26,797 nucleotides of DNA from Candidatus Thorarchaeota archaeon (GCA_016839605.1 JAEOTX010000165.1:1-26797), one strand, 5' to 3'. Positions 8,342 to 18,128 are shown, counted from the stretch's first letter. Program-made: numbers and translations. The notes: generated by a model from the letters alone, not told the origin.

Positions 8342-9217
8342 TTAGAAATCAAAGATACTAGTGCTGAACTCGTCGTCGCCAACATCAATGCTAAGCTTGA
8401 GAGGAATTTCAATAACTCTATCAAACCGCCATGGAACGTCCAAGGTGACCTTTAGAATGTAAACGCACTCTATTAGTTCGGTCTTGAAGGGTTCAGGCCA
8501 ACTATCATCAGTTTTGATTGTCACATCCACCCAGCTCTCTCTGGGAACTCTATACTCTTCCCAGTACTGTAGATCCATCTCCGTATCGTAAGATGTTTCT
8601 CTTCCCTTAGGTGCAACATTTTCTCGTCGGAGAAGCTCAGTTCTTGCTCCTCGGATGTTTGCTTCGGTGCCAACCAGGAATCTGAAGCGAATATCTTCTC
8701 CCCGTTGAAAGGTGTCACTCTCTCCTTCCACTCGAAACAGATGCATACCCTCCTCCATATGCTCCTCCTGAATCATCATCGGTTCAAGACTAGCTGTTAT
8801 CCTTGTTGGCGCCTTGACGATAATGGTTTGCTCAACCTTTGGGTCAAGCGCCCACTTGACCTCTATCTTTCCTTTGATTATATATCGAATCCAACTGTAG
8901 TATCCCTCAAAGCTAGATACAGATTCTTCAGGGATATCAAAAGTGAACTCGTAGCGTGTTTCTCCCTCCAATACCCTTGACTGGTTGAGTAGTTCAAGGA
9001 ACTGCTCGAAATACTCATGCTCTTCCAGATATACTCGGCGATGCTTGCCGCTCCCCACTACGACCCTTGATTGCTCTTGGCAAGAAAATACCAAGTTTAC
9101 TGACTCACAATCAAAGTCCTCATCACTGAGGATAATGGCATGCCCCTCAACCCTTTCACCCGGAGAGTATTCAGATTTTGATAGATGTAACGATATCTCT
9201 CTCAATGCTGTCAACAC
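8342..9217 (-). CDS. arrestin-fold (alpha-arrestin/Spo0M-like) protein
   Basis: 'YSPGERVEG', 'GETRYEFTFDIP..SSFEGYYSWIRYIIKGKIEVKW..D' and a second repeat 'WPEPFKTELIECVYILKVTLDVPWRFD..IEIPL' match arrestin N and C beta-sandwiches. Confidence 0.8.
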   Translation of the reverse strand: MLTALREISLHLSKSEYSPGERVEGHAIILSDEDFDCESVNLVFSCQEQSRVVVGSGKHRRVYLEEHEYFEQFLELLNQSRVLEGETRYEFTFDIPEESVSSFEGYYSWIRYIIKGKIEVKWALDPKVEQTIIVKAPTRITASLEPMMIQEEHMEEGMHLFRVEGESDTFQRGEDIRFRFLVGTEANIRGARTELLRRENVAPKGRETSYDTEMDLQYWEEYRVPRESWVDVTIKTDDSWPEPFKTELIECVYILKVTLDVPWRFDRVIEIPLKLSIDVGDDEFSTSIFDF

Positions 9218-9313
9218 TTTCCTGACAAAACCAATCTAAAGACACCATAGTCCTTCATAGTCTTGAGACTATTCGGAAATGAACGCTGAAAAACACTTGC
9301 TAAGAATGCCGAG

Positions 9314-9337
9314 GATGGACCAACGATATGGTCCATC
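9314..9337 (-). terminator. perfect 9-bp hairpin downstream of the carboxypeptidase gene
   Basis: GATGGACCA-acgata-TGGTCCATC, 12 nt beyond the stop at 9350. Confidence 0.45.
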
Positions 9338-9349
9338 GTGCAGTATGAA

Positions 9350-10864
9350 TTAGAACCCGAACATTTGGGAGTACTTGTGTTCTAAGAAGTCAAGAAACGG
9401 ACTCGCATCCAAATCGCTACCCGTTACATGTCTTACAAGGTCTGCAGGATCGTATAGTGAAGCTTTGTTCATGATCTTCTTAGCCAACCAACTAATAATG
9501 GGATCAAGCTCACCCTTTGTGATATTGCTGCTCCATTCTGGCATGTCTTTGTTCATTTGCTGAACCCATTGACCATCGTAAACATTTCCAAGTGCATAAC
9601 TTGGGAAGTAGCCATAAGCTCCGCCTCCCCAGTGAGAGTCCTGTAGCACTCCTTCTGTATCATCCTTAACCTCTACACCGAGATACTCTGCATATTTTTC
9701 ATTCCACACCTGTGGCAACTCTGAAACCGTTATCTTGTCGGCGAAGAGAGCCTTCTCGATCTCAAACCTGATGATTACATGTAGTGAGTAGGTGACTTCA
9801 TCAGCTTCTATACGGATTTTTGATGGCTTTACCAGATTTACGCCTCTGACAAAATCGATGAGATCAATGTCTGAAAAGGCATTGCTTGTGAGATTGTTGA
9901 GCCTAGGGAGATAGTACTCCCAGAATTGCGGAGTTCTCCCTATGACATTCTCAATAAACCTGGACATCGACTCATGAATACCATAACTGGCAGCTACCCC
10001 TATGGGTTGATACATGTAATCCCTATTCAAGTTCTGTTCATAAAGCGCATGCCCTCCCTCATGAAGCATTGCGTAGATCGATGATGGGAGATTGTCTTCA
10101 TAATAATGGACAGTCACCCTGACGTCATCGTAATATCCAGATGTGAATGGATGCTCAACTTCGTCTATACGTCCTCCAGCTTTGTCTGAAGTAGTATCAT
10201 ACCCAATGAGATTTCCCAAGTCAGTGGCTATCTTGCGTTGAACATCAATTGGAATCTTCCTTGATAGAAAACTCGCATCTACATCTTCTGATGCATCTGC
10301 ACATTTCTGAACCAACGGTACAAGACGGTCTCTGAGTTGTGAGAACACCTTGTCAATCATGTCAGCTGTCATGTTCCTCTCGAATTGGTCAAGCATAGAA
10401 TCATAGATAGTGGAGATGCCTTTAACCTGCATTGCTATCTCTTCTTTCTCGAGGGAAACATCAATGAGCTTCTGAAGCTCTGGTTCGAACATCTTCCAGT
10501 CCTTTGCAGCCTTTGCTTTCTTCCATACATCGTTGGCTATTGCTTGCTGCTTTGAAAGACGTCCTACCAACTCCGAAGGTATCTTCGTGTCTATGTCGTA
10601 TTCCCTTCTAGCCAGGAATAGGTTCCGCTTCTGCACTTCATTCATCGAGTCCTTTTCTTTCTCAGCTGCTTCCAAGAGATTCCCTATCTCAGGTGTGGTT
10701 GACTTCTCGTGTCCTATTTTGCTGAGTACTGAAAATTGCTCACTCCTCAATTGGATGCCCGCAGGTGGCATGTAGGTCTCGAGGTCCCAGTAAATCACTC
10801 CTATAGAGGTTCCAATCAGAGCGATTTCCTTGAGCTTTTCCATCAATTCATCATATGCATTCAT
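9350..10864 (-). CDS. M32 family thermostable carboxypeptidase (Taq/Pfu type)
   Basis: HPF, HEGGH (HEXXH), HESMS, IRIEADEVTY, GVLQDSHW and GYFPSYALG motifs. Confidence 0.95.
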   Translation of the reverse strand: MNAYDELMEKLKEIALIGTSIGVIYWDLETYMPPAGIQLRSEQFSVLSKIGHEKSTTPEIGNLLEAAEKEKDSMNEVQKRNLFLARREYDIDTKIPSELVGRLSKQQAIANDVWKKAKAAKDWKMFEPELQKLIDVSLEKEEIAMQVKGISTIYDSMLDQFERNMTADMIDKVFSQLRDRLVPLVQKCADASEDVDASFLSRKIPIDVQRKIATDLGNLIGYDTTSDKAGGRIDEVEHPFTSGYYDDVRVTVHYYEDNLPSSIYAMLHEGGHALYEQNLNRDYMYQPIGVAASYGIHESMSRFIENVIGRTPQFWEYYLPRLNNLTSNAFSDIDLIDFVRGVNLVKPSKIRIEADEVTYSLHVIIRFEIEKALFADKITVSELPQVWNEKYAEYLGVEVKDDTEGVLQDSHWGGGAYGYFPSYALGNVYDGQWVQQMNKDMPEWSSNITKGELDPIISWLAKKIMNKASLYDPADLVRHVTGSDLDASPFLDFLEHKYSQMFGF

Positions 10865-10922
10865 GCTGAACACCAGAATACGTCAGTGGTCTTTGAACTG
10901 ATTCTGCGGGACTTAGGCTTAG

Positions 10923-11849
10923 TTATCTTTCTTCCGAAATGGGTGCAGTGTCATCATTGCTCTCAGGGAAATTGATGATGAGAATCCCACCAATGACAAG
11001 TGCCAGTCCCAGAGCGAATGTCCAGTAGATGACTTCGTTAAGGATCAAAAATGATAGGGAAGTCCCGAAGACCGGTACTAAATTGATGAAGCCTCCCGTC
11101 TTGGTAGCACCTATCTGTTTTATTGACTCGAAGTAGAACAGGAATCCAATGAAGGTGACGAAGGCTCCCAAATAGAGAACGTTGAACCAAAACAGCGGAT
11201 CTATCATGGCAGGGAGCATCCAAAACTCCTCAGTTATTGCACTTAGACCAAATAGCACACAGCCCACAAAGACACCAGCGGCTGTTACCTCGAGAGAAGA
11301 CATTGTTTTCATTGCTTCTTTTCCGATAGAGGAGTATAGCCCCCACGTCATCATAGCACATAAGATGATGAGATTCCCAATCAGATAATCTAGTCTGAAA
11401 TCAATGAGTGCTTGGATTCCTACGACAAAGATGATTCCAGCAAACGCCAAGGCGAATCCAGCATATTGCCATTTCTTGGCGAGACGTTCTCTGTGAATGA
11501 TGTGTGCGAATAAACTCACCGTTGCAGGATTGAACCCAGCTATTATTGACCCTTGCGCTGCTGTGGTGAATTGCATACCTGTCAGAAAGAATACTCCATA
11601 TCCAAATACCCCTGTAAGTCCAACAAGGAGCAAAATTTTCGCACGCTCTTTTGTGAACAGCTTAAGTGGTGATGGGCCTCTAATAGCCATCAGTACAAGA
11701 AACAATATGCCTGCAATGAGAAATCTGAAGAAGCCAATTGTGAGCGGCGGAGCTATCGCCACCAGCACTTTGGCAGATACCCATGAACCACCCCAGAAGA
11801 ACATTGCAATAATCAGAAGTGCATAAGATTTCCTTGGGTCAGATGGCAT
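10923..11849 (-). CDS. DMT/EamA family transporter
   Basis: About 10 TM helices in two EamA repeats: 'FWGGSWVSAK', 'FRFLIA', 'FINLVPVFG...LILNE'. Confidence 0.92.
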   Translation of the reverse strand: MPSDPRKSYALLIIAMFFWGGSWVSAKVLVAIAPPLTIGFFRFLIAGILFLVLMAIRGPSPLKLFTKERAKILLLVGLTGVFGYGVFFLTGMQFTTAAQGSIIAGFNPATVSLFAHIIHRERLAKKWQYAGFALAFAGIIFVVGIQALIDFRLDYLIGNLIILCAMMTWGLYSSIGKEAMKTMSSLEVTAAGVFVGCVLFGLSAITEEFWMLPAMIDPLFWFNVLYLGAFVTFIGFLFYFESIKQIGATKTGGFINLVPVFGTSLSFLILNEVIYWTFALGLALVIGGILIINFPESNDDTAPISEER

Positions 11850-11923
11850 GGATTAGCATCATCCTGAATGATTGTTTATGCAGAATGACGTCAATTTAAG
11901 CTCGACTGTGTACGAATCGAGAC

Positions 11924-12142
11924 TCAATGCTGCTCCTTTATCCAGACTCGAAGGCACCAGCAAAGTAGAGAAATGGCACCCACCATGGAACCAATGATTG
12001 ATAAAGTCAGGATGACCCACCCGGTTGCATTCTCAGGGAATGAACCTTCCCATGTAGCCAGAGTCAATAGTCCAATCCCAAGAAGTATAGCAATGATTAT
12101 GATCCATATTACTGTGAGACCATCGACAATCTTCCTATTCAT
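11924..12142 (-). CDS. small 2-TM membrane protein
   Basis: MNRKIVDG... (72 aa), ATG preceded by GGGAG, two hydrophobic helices. The upstream extension in the ORF track looks non-coding. Confidence 0.55.
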   Translation of the reverse strand: MNRKIVDGLTVIWIIIIAILLGIGLLTLATWEGSFPENATGWVILTLSIIGSMVGAISLLCWCLRVWIKEQH

Positions 12143-12334
12143 TTCTCCCAAGAGAAACCATCCTAACTCCTTTTCCTGTGAGAAGCTATGTATTGAATAA
12201 CCATAAACTTGATGCTCATCCCTCTGTTTATTTCCGACATCTTGGCACATTCTATTCCATACTAGACTACTCCCTACCGAAGAGTTCATATTCGGTTGTG
12301 CAGGAGCTCTACACACTCGCAGTGGGGATTATTC

Positions 12335-12757
12335 ATGCTTAACGATGATGATCTAGAAGCAATACGGCGCAGGAAGATGGAGCTCTTGATGGAGAAAGCA
12401 GCAGCGCCACAAATCGAAGAGCCTCTCTCTCAGGGGCAGGTGCAGCTTCTCACTGATTCGACCTTCTGGAATACAGTTTCCCAGACCAAGACTGCCCTTA
12501 TCGATTTCTTCGGTGAGTGGTGTGCTCCCTGCAAACAACTCACTCCGATTTTCAACCTTCTTGCTTCAGACTACAAGGGGAAGGTCTACTTTGCCAAGAT
12601 TGACATTGACAGGAATCCGCGCACTACAGCACAGTTTGGAGTGCAGTCAGTCCCCATGGTCATAGGCTTTAAACATGGAAAGCCTGTGGGCAAGCTTCCT
12701 GGGTTAAGACCTTATGATGAATACGATATCGTAATTGAGAAGCTCTTGGCAGCTTAA
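12335..12757 (+). CDS. trxA: thioredoxin with N-terminal charged helix
   Basis: DFFGEWCAPCK active site and 'FGVQSVP' cis-Pro loop; N-terminal DDDLEAIRRRKMELL extension. Confidence 0.9.
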   Translation: MLNDDDLEAIRRRKMELLMEKAAAPQIEEPLSQGQVQLLTDSTFWNTVSQTKTALIDFFGEWCAPCKQLTPIFNLLASDYKGKVYFAKIDIDRNPRTTAQFGVQSVPMVIGFKHGKPVGKLPGLRPYDEYDIVIEKLLAA

Positions 12758-12768
12758 TGGTCATCCAT

Positions 12769-13626
12769 TCATTTCGTGTAGGAACTGATATTTCCCAAAT
12801 CCTCTGCAATAACAGATGTGGGCATTGCTTTGGCATTTGTAGCCTTTGACCATCTTCCATCCTTATCCGCCATGACTAACCCTGCCTCACTTCCTGTCTT
12901 GGTTTCAAAGAGATCCATTGCTTTCTCTGCAGCCTTTTGAAGGTCGATTCCTTGCTCAACATAGAGCACTGCCATCCTAGTGAGTGTAACCCTCATGATG
13001 TTCTCTCCCCACCCTGTAGCTGTTGCTCCGCAAATCTCATTCGCGAAGGCTCCTGCACCCATAACAGGAGAATCTCCAACTCTTCCTGGTAGCTTCTTTG
13101 AGATGCCACCAGTAGATGAAGTTGCTGCGATATTGCCCTTAGAATCAACGGCAACACACCCAACAGTATCTGCTCCAAAAACCTCAAAGTGTGGCTTGAT
13201 TACACCCGGTTCTCTCTCCTCTCGATAGCCTTCCGATATCATCTGTTGGTAGATGCGGTTCGCGTTGTTTCCAGCAAAGAAAGCATAGTCCGTCTTCTCC
13301 ATGATATAGCGTGCAAGTGATACAGGATTCTGGATATCACATACTGCTGCAACTGATCCGAATGATAGAGTTTCTCCATCGACTATCATCGCATCAAGCT
13401 CTCTCACACCATCGAGATTGGCTCTTGCTCCAAGTCCCGCGTTGAGCTGGCCGCAGCTCTCCATGAATACAGTACAAGCCTCAGCTGCATCAAGAGCTGA
13501 ACCCTCTTTTTCAAAAACACCAAAGCCCGCTCTTGCGGCTTTCTCAACGTATTCCATGCCTACCGGAATCCTCTCATCCTTCCAGTTCCCAGCTCCACCG
13601 TGTACAATTATCATTGGCAGACTCAT
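12769..13626 (-). CDS. iaaA: isoaspartyl peptidase / L-asparaginase (Ntn hydrolase)
   Basis: IIVHGGAG, NAGLGA, ELDA, D-TVGCVA autocleavage site, SSTGG, GRVGDSP and TGWGE. Confidence 0.92.
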   Translation of the reverse strand: MSLPMIIVHGGAGNWKDERIPVGMEYVEKAARAGFGVFEKEGSALDAAEACTVFMESCGQLNAGLGARANLDGVRELDAMIVDGETLSFGSVAAVCDIQNPVSLARYIMEKTDYAFFAGNNANRIYQQMISEGYREEREPGVIKPHFEVFGADTVGCVAVDSKGNIAATSSTGGISKKLPGRVGDSPVMGAGAFANEICGATATGWGENIMRVTLTRMAVLYVEQGIDLQKAAEKAMDLFETKTGSEAGLVMADKDGRWSKATNAKAMPTSVIAEDLGNISSYTK

Positions 13627-13736
13627 TGCTCTCAAGTAGTCGCTCCTGCTTAACCCATTACTAAGGGTTTTCATCACTTCATTATGATACTCTGGAGCGT
13701 GGCTATTTTTATATCGTTGCAGGAGAGGTAATCTCT

Positions 13737-14345
13737 ATGACGCTTGACCTCGCTATGAGAATCATCTTTCTGTTGTCTTGGATCATCTTTGGAGGAATCC
13801 GCATTTACTATGGTCGCGAGTCTCCTTGGGCCAAGCAGTCTAGGAGTGAGAGGTTTGAATCGATTAAAAAGGATGGTCTTGCTGGAGGAATCCTTCTTCT
13901 CGTGTTGTTCTACAGCTTTTTCATCGTAGCGTTCCTGTACTTGATTGACTTCCCCCTTATCTCTTGGTCCTACTTCCCTCTACTTCCTGAAATTCGAATA
14001 ATCGGTGCGATATTGGGTGTGTTGAGTTTTCCCTATATTCACTGGGCACACAAGACCCTAGGAAGCGCATTTTCAGCTACAATCCAAACTCAAGAAGCTA
14101 GTGTGTTGGTAACAAAAGGCCCGTTTGCCAGAGTTCGTCACCCTATCTATAGTTCTCACACTCTCTTCAATTTCGGATTGGTGCTAGTATCTGCAAATCT
14201 CCTGATTCTGGCTTATCTGTTGGTGGGCATCCCGTTCACATACAAGAGAATGTTCAAGGAAGAGAAGACCCTCTTAGATGATTTTGGAGAAGAGTATGAA
14301 GAATATATGAAGCGGACTGGTCGTATCTTTCCAAAGCTGTTCTGA
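13737..14345 (+). CDS. isoprenylcysteine carboxyl methyltransferase (ICMT/PEMT) family membrane protein
   Basis: TM helices plus 'LVTKGPFARVRHPIYS' and 'EEKTLLDDFGEEYEEYMKRTGRIFP'. Confidence 0.88.
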   Translation: MTLDLAMRIIFLLSWIIFGGIRIYYGRESPWAKQSRSERFESIKKDGLAGGILLLVLFYSFFIVAFLYLIDFPLISWSYFPLLPEIRIIGAILGVLSFPYIHWAHKTLGSAFSATIQTQEASVLVTKGPFARVRHPIYSSHTLFNFGLVLVSANLLILAYLLVGIPFTYKRMFKEEKTLLDDFGEEYEEYMKRTGRIFPKLF

Positions 14346-14366
14346 ATATCTATGAGGCAATTATCT

Positions 14367-14573
14367 ATGAGCAATAACAATGAGGCCATTGATGCAGAGG
14401 CAAAGGAACGCCTTTCATTCTGGTCGAAATTTCTAAACACCGAAGAAGGCCGTTTGATTGTTGGCGATCTTGGTGAAGATGAAATCAAGCATTTTCATGC
14501 AGATGGCTTTCTGTTCGAACTTTCTATGGGAGTAGACGAACAGATTTGTGTTGAACTTGTAGGAAAGGAATAG
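14367..14573 (+). CDS. small hypothetical protein
   Basis: Fills the gap between the ICMT and kinase genes; acidic, protein-like composition. The start may be 14352 instead. Confidence 0.5.
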   Translation: MSNNNEAIDAEAKERLSFWSKFLNTEEGRLIVGDLGEDEIKHFHADGFLFELSMGVDEQICVELVGKE

Positions 14574-14583
14574 TGTCTGCATT

Positions 14584-16893
14584 TTACTCTATGATGGCTG
14601 GAATAGTAACAGTGAACACCGTACCTTTGGTGTAATCTCCTTCTACTCTATCATCAACAGTAATAGTTCCGCTATAGGTTTCCGTCAGCGCATAGACCAT
14701 TGACAGCCCTAATCCAGTTCCTTCTGCACCTTCCATAAAGCGTTGGAATAGGGTGGCCTTCTTCTCAGGTTCGATTCCTTTTCCAAAATCAATGACTCTA
14801 GTTGCCCAAAACGAATTCCCGCCTGTTTCTGTTGGTTCTATCTCCACTACTATTCTTCTATGGTCTCGAGAATAAGCGATTGCATTCCTGAACAGGTTGT
14901 AGAAGAGATCACTGAGAAGGCCATTGGCTGTAACGAAGCACTCACTAGTATCTCTGTTTACAAGTATCTCTACTGTTTGATCTGGGAGTTCCATGAGAAC
15001 TTGCTCAATTGCATGGTCAATTGAACTGACTAAATCAATTGGCTCGAGAGGTGGAGGGCCATCCAAATCAGTCATCCCGAGACCTCTCACATTCCTAACG
15101 AGTTGATCAGCACGTCTGAGGCATCCACGGGCATCTTGCAATGCCATATCTTGCATATCCTGAGGCAATCCATCCATGTCCATCAATCCAAGCGCAACGG
15201 TCATGGCCTGATGTAGGTTTGAAATATCATGAGCCAAAATGTCAGAGTATAAAGTTGCTCTACGACGTGCCTCATCTGAACGAAACATCTCTTGAAGGTA
15301 TAACACACCTATCAGTGCTGGTCCAAGCAGCAGTCCAATGAGCAAGAACACTTCCGCAGCCCACCATCCTAAAACCCAATCATCGAAATTACCCTTCAGG
15401 AAGTTTGGAATTATCCAGATTGCTAGAATGCCAACAGAGAATCCTTCGATAGAACTCCATCGTTTGCGTTTCTCTGCCTGTAGATAGGCTAGATACGTAA
15501 ATGCAAACACTGCTACAAAATTGACGGAAAGCAGAATGACCCGGCCCAGTGGACTGCCGGATAGCCCTGGAGTTCCTGCAAGAATTCTCTCTTCAATCAG
15601 TTGTCCTCCGAATAGCATGATAATGATAATTCCTACACGAGAAGCAATCCAAAACTCTGAGTTTGCCATGTCGCCCTTAGGACTCTTACGAGTCCAAATG
15701 ATGCCTCTCACCAAGCAAACTACTGATGCAATACTACCCACAATGTAGGGGACTACCGATTCTCCCCAAATCATTAGGAGGCTAACATCTGCGAAGAGAA
15801 CTATATGCAGTTCGATATATGTCCAGCAGAAGAACAGGAGTATCAGAGGATAATGCACCCATTCTGGCTTATGCTTGTGATACGAATACGCCAAGAAACC
15901 CATTATGCCAGATAGGATAGCAGCTCCGAAGTGCGTTATAAAGTAGGCACCTAATTCAATAGCGTAGAAATCAGGAGCCCAAGAAGTTGCAATGATGCTA
16001 ATCATAAATGGGATAAAAGTAAGCATGCTCAGGAACACCGGGATAGCGAAAGCAGTGCGTCTGCTCATTCCCCATTTCAGCTGCATCGGTGCTGCAATGG
16101 CAATAGTGATCGCTAAGAATCCAAATGACTGCAAAACCATTCCATATGCCCAGAGAGAGCTTGGACTTAGCAGGGAGAATACAAGTGGGATGGTTGCGGC
16201 GGCAAATATGCAGAAGCTGATGAGAAGCAATGAAGTTTGACGGTCATTAGTTATGAAGGGACCTCGCGAACGCAAATAACTGGCGAGTGGGAGTGTGAAA
16301 ATCGCAATTAGAAAGAACAGTAGTCCCAGCTGCAATACTACTGCTTCATCCAGCATTGGCATCAGAAGATTCACAACAACGCCGTCTAATGATAGTTCCA
16401 GAATAATCAGAATTAGAGCCATAAACCAAGGGACCTTGGCATTAGGATTTCTCCTATAAGCAACCGCTGCAAGAAGCAAGACTAATCCCAACAGAGCCGA
16501 TTCAAAGAGGTCAAGTGACACATTTAGGATCGCATCATCAAGGAAGGAAGTTTCAGGTGCGAAAGCGAACTCGAATGAAGCACCCAAATGAATAATGGCT
16601 CTAGATACTAGGATAGAGAATATACCCATCTCATAGACAGGAAGTCGTCCCGTAGTTTCACTTACTGTCCATGCAGCAGCCATAATTGCTAGGAATGCAA
16701 GTAAGGAGTGAAACGCCACGCTTACTATAGCTGTATCCCATGAGGGTATTACGGGCAAATAGAGGGCAGTCGAAGCTAGAACGGTAACTATTATGCCATT
16801 TGGAACATCCCGACGTAGTTCACGGGGAGAAGCTAGTTCCGACTGCACTTGAAGTCCCTTCTTAGTTCGGGCCAGATTGAATTCCTCAGGCAT
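14584..16893 (-). CDS. membrane sensor histidine kinase with about 16 TM helices
   Basis: H-box 'ILAHDISN', N-box 'FYNLFRNAIAY', G1 'DFGKGI', F-box 'LFQRF' and G2 'GTGLGL', preceded by about 530 aa of polytopic membrane domain. Confidence 0.92.
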   Translation of the reverse strand: MPEEFNLARTKKGLQVQSELASPRELRRDVPNGIIVTVLASTALYLPVIPSWDTAIVSVAFHSLLAFLAIMAAAWTVSETTGRLPVYEMGIFSILVSRAIIHLGASFEFAFAPETSFLDDAILNVSLDLFESALLGLVLLLAAVAYRRNPNAKVPWFMALILIILELSLDGVVVNLLMPMLDEAVVLQLGLLFFLIAIFTLPLASYLRSRGPFITNDRQTSLLLISFCIFAAATIPLVFSLLSPSSLWAYGMVLQSFGFLAITIAIAAPMQLKWGMSRRTAFAIPVFLSMLTFIPFMISIIATSWAPDFYAIELGAYFITHFGAAILSGIMGFLAYSYHKHKPEWVHYPLILLFFCWTYIELHIVLFADVSLLMIWGESVVPYIVGSIASVVCLVRGIIWTRKSPKGDMANSEFWIASRVGIIIIMLFGGQLIEERILAGTPGLSGSPLGRVILLSVNFVAVFAFTYLAYLQAEKRKRWSSIEGFSVGILAIWIIPNFLKGNFDDWVLGWWAAEVFLLIGLLLGPALIGVLYLQEMFRSDEARRRATLYSDILAHDISNLHQAMTVALGLMDMDGLPQDMQDMALQDARGCLRRADQLVRNVRGLGMTDLDGPPPLEPIDLVSSIDHAIEQVLMELPDQTVEILVNRDTSECFVTANGLLSDLFYNLFRNAIAYSRDHRRIVVEIEPTETGGNSFWATRVIDFGKGIEPEKKATLFQRFMEGAEGTGLGLSMVYALTETYSGTITVDDRVEGDYTKGTVFTVTIPAIIE

Positions 16894-17090
16894 TCCCGTC
16901 GGTCCCTGGCCAAGCCCTGACTCCTGAAATAGACAACATTCCCGTCCCCTAAATTTAAGGGTATTCTGATTGCAGTGTCTTTATGCTTTGCTGGCTATTT
17001 GTGCCAATCTTGTGGTTTTACTAATGGACTGCTGGCCCTGATGGGATATGATATGCAAGAAGAAGCAATTGGAAGAGTCCAAAAGTATCG

Positions 17091-18128
17091 TTAGAATCGC
17101 TTTCTTCGCTTGGGATAGGCACTGAAGGGAGTCTTCGGTGTCTGGCTCACCCAATCCTTTTCGTCATCAATACGAGATAGGGAGCGAACGATATCGAAGG
17201 TGACCCACCGAGTTGCTTCAGGTCGAGGCTGATATTCCCAGAGGCCATAGGGTCCTTGTTGTACCTCAAACCAACTGACCAAATCCCTTACTCGTTCATC
17301 ATTTCTGTCTGCTCCTATCCTCCATGACAGATCTAGAATGAGCCCTGGGTCAAATCGTGCGTGATATGTGAAATGGCCACGATGTTGTTCAAATCCTATG
17401 AGGCGGGCGACATTGAGACCGACAGTCTTTCTATCTCTTGTTTCTCTTCCTAGGAGTAGATTCAATGCATGTTTAGCCTGAGGACTGGTTCTTCTAGAGG
17501 GATGATGAGCAAGAGCAGTAAGCGCAAGGGTTGTGTTTGTACGGCAAGCCCAGTCGGAGTGAGGCATCCTCCGATAGCCTGCCCTATAGCCAAGTACATC
17601 TCCTACCTTTCCCGTTGGCCAAGCTCCATCATCGAGTCGCTGGTCAATAAGCCAGTCATAAGCCATCTCTGCTCTCTTATCTGTTGCATGACCTGAAGCT
17701 GCGATCCCGAGCAAGGGAATGGATGTCTGAAGGGGAACCATGGTGTATACCCCTCCATCAAGGCTGCTTCCGTCGTATGTTTGAGGAATACCCCAGGAAC
17801 CATCTGTTCTCTGTAGCGAGAAAATGTATTCGACACCACTCTCTATAGCAGGATGATCCAGAGGGAGACCAATGTATCCAAGTCGTTGAAGTGCAAATGA
17901 TGTGGGACGAACTCTTTCTTTGGTTTCAGTGCCGCCAATGTCTATGTTCTTCCAAGACCCATCACTATTCTGTTTTTCCAGAAGACTATCCACCAGAGGA
18001 TCCTTCATGATGAGTTCTTCCAGTTCCATTACTTCAGGATCATCATCAGAACGACCTAGGAGCTCTTTGAGTACAAGTCGGCGTAGGCTTGGAGATCTAT
18101 CAGCCAGAAGAAGGGGGATCCAAGTCAT
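17091..18128 (-). CDS. QW-repeat prenyltransferase/squalene-cyclase-like alpha/alpha-barrel protein
   Basis: Repeats QNSDGSW, QRTDGSW, QRLDDGAW and QGPYGLW. ATG at 18128 overlaps the UvrA-like stop (ATGA) and is preceded by SD GGAGG. Confidence 0.8.
   Translation of the reverse strand: MTWIPLLLADRSPSLRRLVLKELLGRSDDDPEVMELEELIMKDPLVDSLLEKQNSDGSWKNIDIGGTETKERVRPTSFALQRLGYIGLPLDHPAIESGVEYIFSLQRTDGSWGIPQTYDGSSLDGGVYTMVPLQTSIPLLGIAASGHATDKRAEMAYDWLIDQRLDDGAWPTGKVGDVLGYRAGYRRMPHSDWACRTNTTLALTALAHHPSRRTSPQAKHALNLLLGRETRDRKTVGLNVARLIGFEQHRGHFTYHARFDPGLILDLSWRIGADRNDERVRDLVSWFEVQQGPYGLWEYQPRPEATRWVTFDIVRSLSRIDDEKDWVSQTPKTPFSAYPKRRKRF

Noticed and set aside
12335-12400. Thioredoxin N-terminal DDLEAIRRRKM helix as a novel phosducin-like fusion
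   Set aside because: Similar extensions are common on archaeal thioredoxins, and the CxxC site is canonical.
17091-18128. True squalene-hopene or oxidosqualene cyclase
   Set aside because: Only about 345 aa (a single barrel) and no DxDD/DCTAE catalytic motif was seen.
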